Shown here: positions 13,167 through 26,219 of the stretch, one piece after another
Layout of the letters: each line of letters begins with the position of its first letter
How positions within the stretch are numbered: the stretch's first letter is position 1
Origin: Carcharhinus longimanus
Taxonomy: Eukaryota
Assembly: GCA_030264375.1 (NCBI GenBank)
Contig: JASCQW010000099.1
Span: 45,643,514-45,707,513 of the forward strand
Reading direction: 5' to 3'
DNA: 64,000 bases
Notes under the pieces: generated by a model
Told to the model about the DNA's origin: nothing
Databases searched by the model: none
What the model saw: the letters and a program-made list of their open reading frames with translations, nothing else
Made by a program: the position numbers and the translations under genes

Positions 13167-13573
13167 GTAGATAGCTGTGTGTTTGTACAAAACAAGACTG
13201 AAATCTATGTTTGTGCAATACTTATACAAACAGCACATATCTGCTTTGGAACTCGATTGCATTCATGTCAAAATTTCAGAATCAGATCAATATTTTTAAG
13301 AAGTATTGCCTATATGGGACTTTCAGTCTTGAATGTTTCTATATCAGTTATTTTAGTATGTTGAGTACATTTGTTTTACATTCTTCTTTGGATTCTGGTT
13401 TCCACTAGTAACTGTTTTAGAAACGTAAAGTTATTTTCTTCATTCTGACATCCAACCTAACCATGTTCCTTTCTATGTCCAATTATCAGTTGACAGAACG
13501 CATGCAAAACTCATTAATATAAGACTAATGATGTGCTTAGGCCAAAATGCATGTTTTGTCTGTTCTAACTTAG

Positions 13574-13693
13574 GGCCAAGCACAACCTGCCAAGAGGATT
13601 CTTGTGGAAACCAAGGTGTCTGTCTACAGCAGTGGGATGGCTTCAGTTGTGATTGCACTATGACTTCCTATACGGGAACCCTGTGTAATGACC
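13574..13693 (+). CDS. NRXN1: Alpha-neurexin exon encoding the third EGF-like domain (EGF-C), (G)[39 protein letters not shown](P)
   Basis: Acceptor ttctaacttag|GG and donor GACC|gtaagt define 120 nt, phase 1-1. The six-Cys EGF pattern is nearly identical to the recalled mammalian NRXN1 [40 protein letters not shown]. Neurexin family is very secure; the paralog call rests on closest recalled match plus the upstream VALMKADLQ microexon. Confidence 0.93.
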
Positions 13694-14750
13694 GTAAGTA
13701 CACAAATGGGTGTTTGGGATGTATCATGCTGTTGTGGTTCCAAAATTATTGCATTGCTTTGAACTTTGACAAATTATAATGCAGCCTGAAGTTGAAGGAT
13801 TTGTGCAATAATCCAATGAGTGTGGGATCATTTGATAAAGAGGTTGATTATGAAGGGCAAAATGAAATGCTGAAACCAATATAAGGTGCTGCTGATCTAA
13901 TTGTTTCAGGTGCAATGAGTGGTGCTTAATAAAAATATTGCTGAATGTGGTTGTCCAAAAGTAAAAAATGTATAAATATGGCAGTGTTCTGTAAAGTTTG
14001 TTTGAGAGTATCTTCCTAATTTGATGTTGCCTAACAGTGTCTTTCTGTGGTATTATTCTGTGAAATTAGCTAAATGAGAAGCAGTGGTGAATAGAAGTCT
14101 AGTTAGTGAAGGTAGATTGTGTGAAGTGCACTGACACGTTGAGTAACGTGTAGGAAATATTTAGCTTTCCAGAGCAATACACTATCACATTGTTAACTGA
14201 TCTTTGGCTCAGTCTGCTTCTTTCTTATCCTGATTGCAGCCAATCACCTGACTCTGCTGCTCTTTTCCAATACTCAAGGGATGATTCTAACCCTGATTGC
14301 CACGCAGACAGGAAGTTAAAATCATTAGTGGATTTCCCATTATCAGCTCTCTTTGACACACATGTGAGATTATGACCTGTTAGCCCAGTCCTCCTTTAAA
14401 TTTGCAGAATGGGCTCCAATGATGACATTATTCAGGCCTGATTATATTCCAGTTGTGGGCCTGAGCAGGGAAGCTCTTGTGGCTTTCCTCTGCAAGGTCA
14501 GAATTCAGAGCCAGAAGATGTCCAAAAAGATAAGACCACATTTTTCACTTTCTTGTAGGATCATGAACACCAAGAAATGCTCCCCCCGGCCTCTCAAAGA
14601 AGATCTAGGCCTTACCTACCCAGGACTTCCTCAGATGATCAACCCACCTGGCATGTTGGGAATTATTACTTTGGTCATTGGCTGCCAGCCTTTGTCATTG
14701 CTCACTCACCTGCCAGCCACTGATTGCTGGTTACAGGTAGAAAATTAACT

Positions 14751-15780
14751 GGGGGTGGAATTTAATGCCCTCCCTTTAGGTATGTTTGGAGGCAATGGAG
14801 TATTTAATCAAGCGGGAGGCTGTAGGTAGCATTGATCATAGTAGTATTATCACTGGATTAGTAGTTCAGAGGTCCAGTCTAATGATCTGGGGACATAAGT
14901 CAAATCCCAACATGGCAGCTGCTGGCACTTGAATTCAATTCATAAAATCGGAAATGAAATCTAGTCTCAGTAATGGTGATTTTGGAACCATTGGTGATAG
15001 TCATAAAAACCCACCTAATTCACAAATGCCCCATTAGAGAATAAAATCTATCTGTGTGTGATTCCAGTCCCAGAGCAAGTTGGTTGACTTTTAACTGCTC
15101 TCTAAAATAGCTTAGTGAGCCATTCGGTTCAAAGACAATCAGGATAGGCATCCAATGTTGGCCTCGCCCTGAAGTCCGATTAAAGAATAAATAAAGTATG
15201 GTGACCCTGTCACCTTCCTTCCTCTGCCCGGATTAAGTCCAGGGTTGAAAGACAGATTAATGCTTCCTACCCCAGTGCCAATTGAGGTCCCTAAGTGAGC
15301 AATTAATGTCTATTTAAGGGTTTCATCCCACTGTGACTGGTATTCATTCACTGACAGCCAAGACAGTTACCGTGCAAGAAGCTTGAAAAGGAAACCTTGA
15401 GTTTGGTTGCGGCTCCCAGGGGATCCCCTGAGTACCTCTGAATGAGGGGCCTGGTATTCACAAGAAGGGGCTGCTGAGAGCTACCCCCTGCCCTTTCTTC
15501 CAAATCTCTGTGCCCCCACTAGCCAGTGATGCACTTTTTGCAATCTTCAACCTACACTTACCTGTAGCCTAGATCCTGCATTGCCAGCAGCTACCATCTA
15601 GTGGCAGTATTGAGCAATGAGGAACGACCGGCTCTTGTTTAACTCGCAACTCCCGGAGCGCGGAGATGGACTTCTGGAACCTCAGGGAAATTTTGCCACT
15701 GACTACTTCAGTGCTTTTCTGGCATTTAATATGGTAGGCCTTACCCAAAGAAAGTGTCGCACCAACATGTCAAGTCTCCA
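14751..15780. mobile_element. Non-autonomous DNA-transposon (Harbinger-like) relic with a nested SINE
   Basis: Begins gggggtggaatttaatgccc. The internal ccaattgaggtccctaagtgagcaattaat is shared with 40171-40200, and the element is locally GC-richer. Confidence 0.5.
14829..15195 (+). mobile_element. tRNA-derived SINE with CR1-clade LINE tail
   Basis: Head tagtagtattatcactggattagtag...caaatcccaacatggcag, colinear with 27645-28008, ending aagaataaataaa. Confidence 0.8.
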
Positions 15781-16472
15781 ATGATGTAACTAAATTGCAG
15801 ATTTAACTCAGGATTTATGACACATTAAATCTTTCTTTTACCATCATATTTAATGATGTTAGATAAATATAATTTTGAGAAAGTTACTGAAATGTTAATG
15901 TTCGTTGCATAATTATAAAAATTGCAAGATCAGAAGACGTCAGAAAGCATGACATTGAAGCCAGCCAGCTTCTCAAAGTATTGTTTCACAACTCCCGGGA
16001 GAATGCACCTGATTCTGTATTGTACATGAAAGACATTAATACATTACAAATACATAGAACAAAGTACAAATAATGGGCTTTTGGCTTCTTGCGAGAGACA
16101 GTGAGTGTGATGCAAGCATTTTAATTAATGAAGTGGGTAAATGTTATGGATGGTAATTTCTTTCAACTACGTTTCTTTGAAAAAGTAGGGAAATAATAGA
16201 TGATTTGAAGATTGTTAACTAAACAACAATTAAGAAACTTTTTTGTTTAAACAGGTTTATTACTTTCTGAAATAAGTTACTCCACATGAAAGCCTAACCT
16301 TACTAAATTTCCAGACTTACTAAAAGAATGCTCGGCAGAATCTGCTGCCACGAAACAGGATGAAATTTTGATTTGATTTGTGTCATTGAAGAGGCTCAAG
16401 TTTAGACTAAACAACTCTCAAAAAGAGGAAATAATACCTTTGACCTTTACAATCTTACGATTGGTACTCATT

Positions 16473-16660
16473 GGGCAGGATTTTCCATGCTTCGGAGTGG
16501 CAGAGGTAGCTTACCGTTGCCAACAGCGGGATCTTCTAATCCTGCCGCTGTCAACAGGGTTTCCCATTCTACACATCTCCCTCACTGGTAAGAAACCTGT
16601 GGCAGGGGTTTTTCATCAGCAGGACCGGAAGATCCCGCGAGCGAGAACGGCCAGAAAATA
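16473..16660. mobile_element. Short palindromic MITE
   Basis: gcgggatcttctaatcctgc (16526-16545) is inverted to gcaggaccggaagatcccgc (16619-16638) at 17/20, with termini gggcaggattttc / gaaaat. A related decayed copy lies near 36586-36690. Confidence 0.65.
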
Positions 16661-19600
16661 AGTATTTGTGAAAGAATGCTGTGTGGTTAGATATTTATTT
16701 TTAAAAAGTGGCCCTGATGATGGCAAATATGGGTTTGTTTAGCGGGGCCTGGATTTTTCCATGTGGCATAGAGCTTTAACTCCACAGTACACCATGATTT
16801 TCTGACAGGATTTCCAACTGGAAGTAAACCCGGTTAGCTGGCTTAGCTTCCAGTCAGGTAGGAACCACTCCCAGAGCAGGCTGCAGCCACTCCTAAGCTG
16901 AATGCTCTTTCAGTAAGCTCATTGGTCAAGCTTTAATTGGGAGCAATTTACTACGAGTAACAAACTTGGGGAGAGGAAATAAAAAACTCTTCCTAATGGT
17001 TATTTAGTTAACAGTTTTTAAATCTTTGATTATTACCCTAGTTTTATCCAACAAATTTAAAGGCGTAAGGAATTATCATTCATTCTATTTATCCTATTAA
17101 TTTATTAAAATAGTGAGAATGTGGGTGGGTAGGATCTGATCCTGCGGAGGGGAGAGTTTGTATTAAGTGTTCGGTGTAATGTAATTGCTTTTAAGTCACA
17201 TTTGTTGTTGAGCTTTTGAATTCCTTGAGATTAATAACCAGTAATTAGATGAACTGTCTAAGTCTAAGAATGCCATGTCTAAGTTTCAAAATAAAAATAG
17301 ATTGCTTTCAGCTTTGTTTATATATGTATGCATGTTTGCGATGTGTATACACTTTATCATGTATTATTCAGTAACAAGAAATGGAAAGCAGTTGTGAATA
17401 AGTTATATGCCATCTGAACATGAGGTGAAGCTGTGTGCCAAAATCTATCACAAATTATAAGTGTCATCACATGCTAACTGTCCTTTACTATTCCTTCATG
17501 TGCTGTAGGAACTCAATGTTAGCACTGAGATATTAACAATGACCAGCAGATGGCATTGCACTCATTTAAATTGTATCATAGTAGCTACAGTTCTCCTTTT
17601 ATCCCTGAGGTACACGTAGAATTAATAACCATGAAGACAGTCATACAAAATACTTAACCTTTTATTCCTTGCAATCTAATGCTGCAGTAAGTTCACAAAA
17701 TGATACCTTTGAAAATTCTGCTTGACTCAAGTATGTTACTTATTTGCTTATAAAAACATGAGTCAGTAAGATTCTGTTGCTGCTGTAACCAGTTGGCACT
17801 TATGTTGGCAAAAGTATGCTGCTCTTCTAAGATGTACATATGTCAGCACATTTTATAAATATTATTGATTTCCCAGTTTCATTTTCCATGATCCTTTGAG
17901 CATAAATTGGAACCCAGGAAAGGAAATAACACAGAATTCAGCATCATCACTACAGAGCTATTATTATTGAACACAGAAACAACTTCTAATTCTTCCCTTG
18001 GCCACCAGTTAGACTAGCTGAGTCCATGAATACAATGTGCACAGTCATAGGCGTGCACCCAATTCATTCCATGTTCTCGAATAATTTGGAGTTGAATGTT
18101 AAATGCAAGTATATACTTCTCTAAATAGTGAACTAAATGATCTTAACTGGAAAATATTGCACCATCTTATGTTGTGAAGTAAAAGATATGCTTTGTCTCA
18201 GATGCTTGGTAGGTTTGTGATGAAACAATGCAACTATAATTGCCTCATTTAATTTTGTATGTGTGCCATTTGTGTTAATGTATAACATAATAAAAACATA
18301 CGCATGATTTCACTAGAAATAGTGGAGAGAATCTGCTCCTCCCTCCGAAGTTAGTGGTACTGCAGTACAGTGAATGGATTCAATGCCTGAATGCACACTG
18401 TTTAGTTAAATGTTCATTGCTTTAACTTGTTATGTTTTATCTTAGAATGATGTCACATAGTTTGCATTGTTTGTTACAAATCAATATACCAATTAAAAAT
18501 GTAGGCATTAATATCTCTGTTAAAATAGAGGACAAATAAATATAGTTTAAAGAAATCAGGAGAATGAAAACCCATGAGTCACAATGCCAGTGCTTAAACT
18601 TCTTAGAATTTCAGGGGTCAATTGGAGGGCACAACACATGTAAAGTTCTCATATATCCATTCATTGTTCATATGCAGAATAACTGCTGACATTAACTAAA
18701 ATTTGAAGCCTGAATGATATGCACAGTTGAATGAAGTGGGTAATGATGTTAAGTGTACTAATCTGTGTGAAGAGAACTCACACCAAATGAATGCTAAAGG
18801 TAAAGGACACCCACAAGCTGGCTCCCAGGCCTGTGGAATATTTTCAGCAATTTCTGCTTTTTAAAAAAAGGTTTCCAACATCTTAGGTATTTTGCTTCTG
18901 CAGCAAACATAAAGCTACTTGAGTAATCTAGAATGTTGCAGTTGGAGAGTGGGCAAATAGTGAGTGGAACCAATTTCATCAATCCTGCAAGCATGCAGGG
19001 ACTGAGGCGTTTCTTATCCAAACAGTGCAAAATGAAAGGGAATCTGGGGGGAAATGATCCCAAATGCTAAATAATGTGCAAAGTATGGTGCATTTTAAGC
19101 CAATTTTCTGAAAAAAACTACACTTGTAACAAGAAAAGGATTATAACTGTAATTTTACCAGATGCAATGATTAATGTTGAATATCAGAACAAATGTGAAA
19201 TACCACTGAAATATATAAATGAATAAACCATGAGATTTCCTAATATATTAGTGATTTCTGTTTAACATATATCAGCAAGTTTTCTATCTTCCCTTTAGTG
19301 ATCTGTTTACAGGACACGGCTATGGCTAGTCACGTTTGCCTTATAATTACTAGAATAAACTGTGATTTACCAGTGAATTCCATGCTCAGAATTGCACTGA
19401 ATTACTGTCAGGCAGTGAAAGGACTGATCGGTTCATTGTACGTGCGTGTTGTGTGTGTGAGTGTGCGTCGGAAGTAGTTTCATTTAATTATATCCTAGAT
19501 ACATTTATGGTAAGATCTGTCACTTGTAGCGAAGCACAGTATTTGTATTTAGATAGCATCTAATGCGTGCACTCAAAATTTGTTTTTCCATTCAGGTCTG

Positions 19601-21249
19601 TGGAGATGTCCATGGACCAACAGCGCAAACTTTGTATTCCCTCCGATTCTAAGATCCAGGCTTCAATTAAATAATAAGCCACTTAGTTGTGTTTATGTTG
19701 TCAGTGGTCCTAACTATATCTTGCTTTATATTACTGGTGTCCCTTTCAACTCTACAGCAGTTGCTGTAATGCTCCAAAGTTTTACATGATCCTGACTCAA
19801 CTTCATGTTCCACATCTGGTCTATTATTATAAAAAACTGGTTGCTCTCAAAGATATTGACTGTTTTTAACTTCTTCCCATTGCTATTGAATCTCTCCATC
19901 GAACCTTTATGCTCTCACTCTTTACGATAATGTCCTAACTAGCCTCTCAGTTCCACCTGACATCCATCATTTGTTGCCCATAATCTCACATCCACTATTC
20001 CCATGTTTATATCATATTCCCAAATTGTCGCTGTGGAAACATGTTTATAGGAATTTCCCTCCCAGGAGGCTGAACATTCNNNNNNNNNNNNNNNNNNNNN
20101 NNNNNNNNNNNNNNNNNNNNNNNNNNNNNNNNNNNNNNNNNNNNNNNNNNNNNNNNNNNNNNNNNNNNNNNNNNNNNNNNNNNNNNNNNNNNNNNNNNNN
20201 NNNNNNNNNNNNNNNNNNNNNNNNNNNNNNNNNNNNNNNNNNNNNNNNNNNNNNNNNNNNNNNNNNNNNNNNNNNNNNNNNNNNNNNNNNNNNNNNNNNN
20301 NNNNNNNNNNNNNNNNNNNNNNNNNNNNNNNNNNNNNNNNNNNNNNNNNNNNNNNNNNNNNNNNNNNNNNNNNNNNNNNNNNNNNNNNNNNNNNNNNNNN
20401 NNNNNNNNNNNNNNNNNNNNNNNNNNNNNNNNNNNNNNNNNNNNNNNNNNNNNNNNNNNNNNNNNNNNACTGAGAGTTGGGGGTATTGAACTGCAATGCA
20501 CAATGCTTTATTGCACTACTCAACATCACTGCCAGATTGAATTTCAAAGATTTATCAACTTATGCAAACATTCATTTCACAGATCAAGATTCAGTTTGTC
20601 CTGAAATAATCAAAACATTACGGGTTGCAAGTTGAGCATTGTTTGGCAGAATGTTCAGCCTTCTGATCAACTAATAGGCCAACATTGTATAGCAATGTAT
20701 TGCGCAATATCTATATCTATATCTGTGTTCATGGAATGATTCTTGAACATGTACCTTTTCTTTAAGATGTGATTTGGGAAATAATACACTGCTGTGCAAC
20801 ATAATTATGAAAACAACCCTAATACAATCAGTTTGCAAAACAATACAAAAGGAATTGTGTTAGTTTAGGGAACATTCCAGACATTGGATATTGTATGTGG
20901 AATGAGCTATTAAAATTATAATCAGGGGTCAGGATTAATCAGTGAAATGTTATGTACATAAAAATGGGTGATTATAAACAAAGATAGGAAAGATCAACTG
21001 CAGATTAGGTCCATTAACAAGAAAAAAGTATTTTACCATCATACTGAAAATTCCTCTTAATGGAGATGAAATTGTTCCTTCAACACACCCAGTTATATGC
21101 TGGCTGTAAATTATACACCAGATGTTGTTCCTTCCATCAGTGCTTTCACCCCCAGGAAGACATTCATGAGCCTAAGACTCGTATTGTTCGGAATGCCTTT
21201 ATCCATCTTGTATCAGTATAGTTGTTACTCGTGTCATCTTCTTGCAGTT

Positions 21250-22290
21250 TTTTTCTTCATTCACAGGATGTGGGAATTGCTGGCTAGGATAGCATTTGTT
21301 GCTTAATTGCCCTTGAGAAAGTGGTATTGAGCCGACTTATTGAACCACAAGAGGTCCATATCATGTAGGTACACCCATGGAGCTGTTAGGAAGGCAGTTC
21401 CAGGAATTTGACCCAACAACAGTGAAAAAACGGTGATGATTGTCAAGTTAGAATGGTATGCATCTTGGAGGGGAACTTGCAGGTGGTGATGTTCCTATAT
21501 CTGCTACCCTTGTCCTTCTAGGTGGTAGAGGTCATGGGTTTGGAATATGATGTTAAGGGAGCCTTGGTGAGTTGCTGCTGTGCATCTTGTAGATTGTACA
21601 TACTAATGTCACTTTGTACATGGTGAAAAGGGAATGAATTTTAAATTGGTGGATGGGTTGGCAATCAAGCAGGCTGCTTTGTCCTAGATGAGTTTTTTGA
21701 GTGTTGTTGAAACTGAAACTTCCCCATTGTGGAGAGTATTCAATCACACATCTGTAGATGATGGGCACTTTTTGGGGAGTCAGAAGGTGAGTTACTCATT
21801 AAAGAATTCCCAGCTTCTACAACCTGTCGTAGTAGCTGCAGATTTATATGCTGACCCAGTTCAGTTTCTGGTTGGTGGTGACCCTGCAGGATGTTGACAG
21901 TTAGGGATTCAGCAATGATAATGTCAGTAAGTGTCAAAGAGAGATGGTTAGATTCTCCCTTGTTGTAGATGGTCATTCCCTGGCATTTGTGTGATACTCG
22001 TGTTAATTGCTCCTTTTCAGTCCAGGCTTGAGTGTTGTACAGGCCTTGCTGCTTATGGACACAGATTGCTTCACTATCCGAGGAGTCACAAGTAATGCTG
22101 AACATTGTGCAACATTAGTGAAAATGCCCATTTCTGACCTTATGATAAAGGGAAGGCCATTGATGAAGCAATGGAGATTGTTGGGCCCAGGAGACTACAC
22201 TGAGAAACCTCTGTGATAATGTTCTGGAACCAGGATAATTGACTTCCAACGGCCACAATCATCTTCCTTTATGTTAGGTATGACTCCAAG
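21250..22290 (-). mobile_element. CR1-clade LINE 3' ~1 kb, degenerate
   Basis: The minus strand gives QQGLYNTQAWTEKEQLTRVSHKCQGMTIYNKGESNHLSLTLTDIIIAESLTVNIL (RT C-terminal QQDLDNIQAWADKWQ-like), with the 3' tail at 21250-21330. Confidence 0.85.
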
Positions 22291-25200
22291 CATTGAAGAG
22301 TTCAGAACTTCCATTTGGCTGTCATGGTAATGCATCTTTTATTTTACATGAACAATACGATATCAATGATATGTTTTAATTGCCACTATGCTTACAGCTG
22401 GTTAAGAAATCCAGGGAGGAAAACTTTGTTCATATAGTACCATTTTGCTACTCAGCCAACAATCAATTCCCTGAGAAGAGACAGTATCATGGGCTATCGC
22501 CTGTAGATTTGAAACCCAAGCAGTTGCACAGGTAAACTCACTACCCCAAAAGGGAAAAAAAAGTATGGAGTGCTTAGGGGAGAAGAAAAGGAGACGATGC
22601 AGAATATTGTGCTACAGTCATAACTAGGGTGGAGTGAAAGGTCAGCTTAACATAAGGTAGATTGGCCAATACTCCTGTGTTAGCTGAATAGCTGGAGATT
22701 CATGTAAGCAGCGAGAGGTAAATATAATACCTCTTGCCCCCTGGCCCCCAGGTTCTACTTCACCATGGTCTCTGAGACCGTGCCTCCTACCCTCCTCATC
22801 AGGGCCTGTCAGCTTGTTACCTGGTGAAACTGAAATATGTACAACATTAATATCTAGCACAGCTTCTCACTCATCGCCTGCTTGTGGCACTGGCAGTAGC
22901 CACTGCTGCTCTCGGAACGGGATTTGTCGCATCCGTCATGAGTGAATAGGAGTTGTTCTCATTCTAACAAGCACCCGCTACCCCCACCACCACCATTTTC
23001 ATTATTTCCCAGCCCCCCAGCCAGCCCAGGAATTTTGAAATATTGAGCAAGGTGTTAAATTGCATTGTGGAGACTATAGCCCAAGGCTTTCTTCAGCTGA
23101 TGTCAAAAGATGAGTGTTTATATGTTCCTCAATCACTCTCAGTCACCTCCACCCGTCTGTACTCTTGGGATGCTGAAAACAATTGCAGCAGTTGTCAGTT
23201 AAATATGTGAAAAGAGACATTGATATTTAGATGCTAGAACTGAGACATCATTTTGATCCTTCTGATTAAGCTGTACACTGAATTTAATCGTACTCCCTTT
23301 TTAATTTAGCACTGTTTGGTTCGCCATCAGTTCACTCCTCATCATGTTTAATTTTCTGTTTTCAATCCCAAATTGTCAAGATTTCCCAGTTTGAATTTTT
23401 CAAAATACACTTCCAAACTATTCAGCTGAAGGCACATTTCCAGCAATTATTCCACATTCATTTACAGAGGAAAAAAATCAGTGACATCAAAAGATTACAA
23501 CAACAGCATTGTGAAAAAGAAGTGTTCTGTGATTTCTCCATTTGAATTCTTTATTAATTCATTATACCTGCGTCCTGATCAAATATAGTTCTTTCTAAAT
23601 ATTAATCTTTCTTTTGTTCCACATATCCCTTGTTTTACCGCAGGCATATAGTGATATACATTATTAAAATAAGAGAATAAATGACATAAATATTCCCCTT
23701 TGTTATATTTTAAAGACCTGGATTATTTTTAAGCTCTATTTGTGCAGTGTGATTTTAAAATCGCCTGCAGTGATTATTAGCAAAGGGCTAGCTGTTCTCT
23801 GTATTGACACAGCAAAAGCCTGAGCTAATAGAGAAAAAAACTTCCATTTTAGTTTGTCTCCTCATGTCTCCTTTTCTGTTTCAACACTCACCCCCCCCAC
23901 CCATGCAATATTTGACTTGCATGAAGGTAGTCACTNNNNNNNNNNNNNNNNNNNNNNNNNNNNNNNNNNNNNNNNNNNNNNNNNNNNNNNNNNNNNNNNN
24001 NNNNNNNNNNNNNNNNNNNNNNNNNNNNNNNNNNNAAAAAAATGTGTTTGTTTCCAAAGTCTTCAAATGATTTATTTCTGAACCTTTCCATATGAAACCC
24101 CTTTCACAACTATATTAATGAAGGAGTTAACCCATCTATTTTGAACAGGTACTAGCTCGATTAAATAATATCAAAGCATTGTGATAAAATGTGTTCAGCA
24201 GTCATACACTAATATTGCACCAGATTCTTCAAGGCTCGAGTGTTTTATTTGCTCTCAAGTTGTAGATTCCCCAGCTGTCCTGCATCCTTTCCTGCTTGAG
24301 AGAGCAGACAGGCAATTTGTTCCCAGGCGACTGTTGATGGGCACTCTCACCCAGCTGCTAAGAATCATTTGAAAAGTGCCTGGGGTAGCTTGCCTGCCAC
24401 TTTACTTTCCCTCCCTTCGTCCCTATAGAGAAAGACCTGGCCTTAGATGAAGAACTATTATGTGAAGAATTCTGGGTGTGAGCACATTCTTTACCACATG
24501 TGGATCAGCACCTTGGAGCAAAAATCTGCTGCACTGAAATACAGCTTTCATTTCTTTATTTTTGCTTCTGATTTTAAATGCTGAATGCTTTCTACTTTTT
24601 CAATATTCACCTTGCTACCCAATTTCTCAGTTCCCTGGGTCAAGTGATTGCTTGCTATTATTTCCAAAGAATTAATCATCATTTGAGGGTTGATTGACAG
24701 CAGATTTCAGGGGCTCTTCCCATAGATTGCTTGCCAACAATGTGTGTGATAGTTGTGACAATCTGAGGTGCAAAGGAATCATTGACAATAGCTTGAATAG
24801 AAACAGAAAGGTCAGTCAGTGGCTTTGACATCATTGAGAGAATGCAATTTATGCAATGTTATGCTGTAACACCATCCAGACAGCCAATCACTACTTATAC
24901 AAATATTTGTCATTGTGAGTCCTTGAATGAAATTCTGTTCTTTATGTATTGCTGAGTCATAGTGTTTTGGGGGGGAAAAAAACTCTATGCTCTTGGTTAA
25001 AAGTTGTTGGAAGATAGTTGGCATTAATTAAGAAGAATCTCATGAGAAATGTTTAACATATGACAGATTATCAAACAATTATCCTTTTAGCTTGTCACCA
25101 GCAAAGGTGCTTGTTCGACTAATGTTTGAGCAGAGACTAGAAGAGTTGGGAATGTGGCTCAAATAGTTGCTGAATTAGTGATAATGCAGTCTGCCCGTAT

Positions 25201-26219
25201 TATCCTGGGGAACTGACGGTAACATATCATCACCTGATTTTCCAGTTTGATGTACTCTGCTCAGTTCCTCGGGGCAATGCAGGTTGGCTATCTATCATTA
25301 CTTAATGCTGCACAAAATGCAATTTTAATGCAGTCAGATTCTACTACAATTTGAATTGAGCTCTGTTTATGACTTTGCAAGGTAAGATGTGAATCACTTG
25401 CCACAGAGTACCTAGCCATTGTCCTATTTTTGTAGCCATGGTGTTAATAATTGACCAGTTCAGCTTCTGGCGAATGGTGTTGTCCGCCCAAATACTTATC
25501 CACTGATATGCTTAAATTACTCTATCAACTCAAAATCACTCTGCCCAGAGAATCAGGGGAAATTTTAACCTTATCTGTTTGTCCCAGACCAGGCAAATAG
25601 TTAACTTTTTCAGTTGGTTTGCCTATTGACATCTCCCACCAATCCCATGATCATCTATTTCAGCCTGCTCTCCTCAGCAGTTAGCTACCTTAAAGCCTGA
25701 AGCCAACAGAGTCCTTCTTTAATATGCAAATCAGGGGCCAATTATGTAATCAAACTCAACCACAGTTTAACTGTGATCTGAGCTGGAAAGCCTTTGTGGG
25801 AAGATGCCTAAACATATCATAATTGTATTTTCCTTGTATGGACAGGAGGAACAGCAGTATTTCTCGGTCACAAAAGAAAAGTTTACACTTGTCCTGTGCT
25901 GCAGTCCCACCCTACCCATCCCACCCCACATTCTTTCTCTACTTGAAAATCCTCCTGAAAATTCCTTCCCCATGATCTACCTTCTTTCCAGAGACCCTTT
26001 CTTTTAGTTTAGGCTGGTGGCTATCTGATATCCTGCCTAAAGCCACTGGCCAGCTGTTGCTTCCAATCTGTTTTGGCTCGACCATCACGAATGGTCAGTA
26101 GATTAGTCCAGAATTTAATACCACTTGAATCTTATGCTGAGGTCAAGTAGTTTGCACTCACCCCTGTTTGCTCAATTCCTTTTCACAGTCAAAATTAGGG
26201 TTGCTAGGTCCTGTATTAT

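Noticed and set aside
13528-13779. 83-aa ORF as a standalone gene
   Set aside because: Only 13574-13693 is coding; it is bounded by canonical AG and GTAAGT and the rest is intron read-through.
19939-20547. Long ORFs of 150-200 aa (and the other X-containing ORFs)
   Set aside because: Their length comes from N-gaps; they carry no coding signal.
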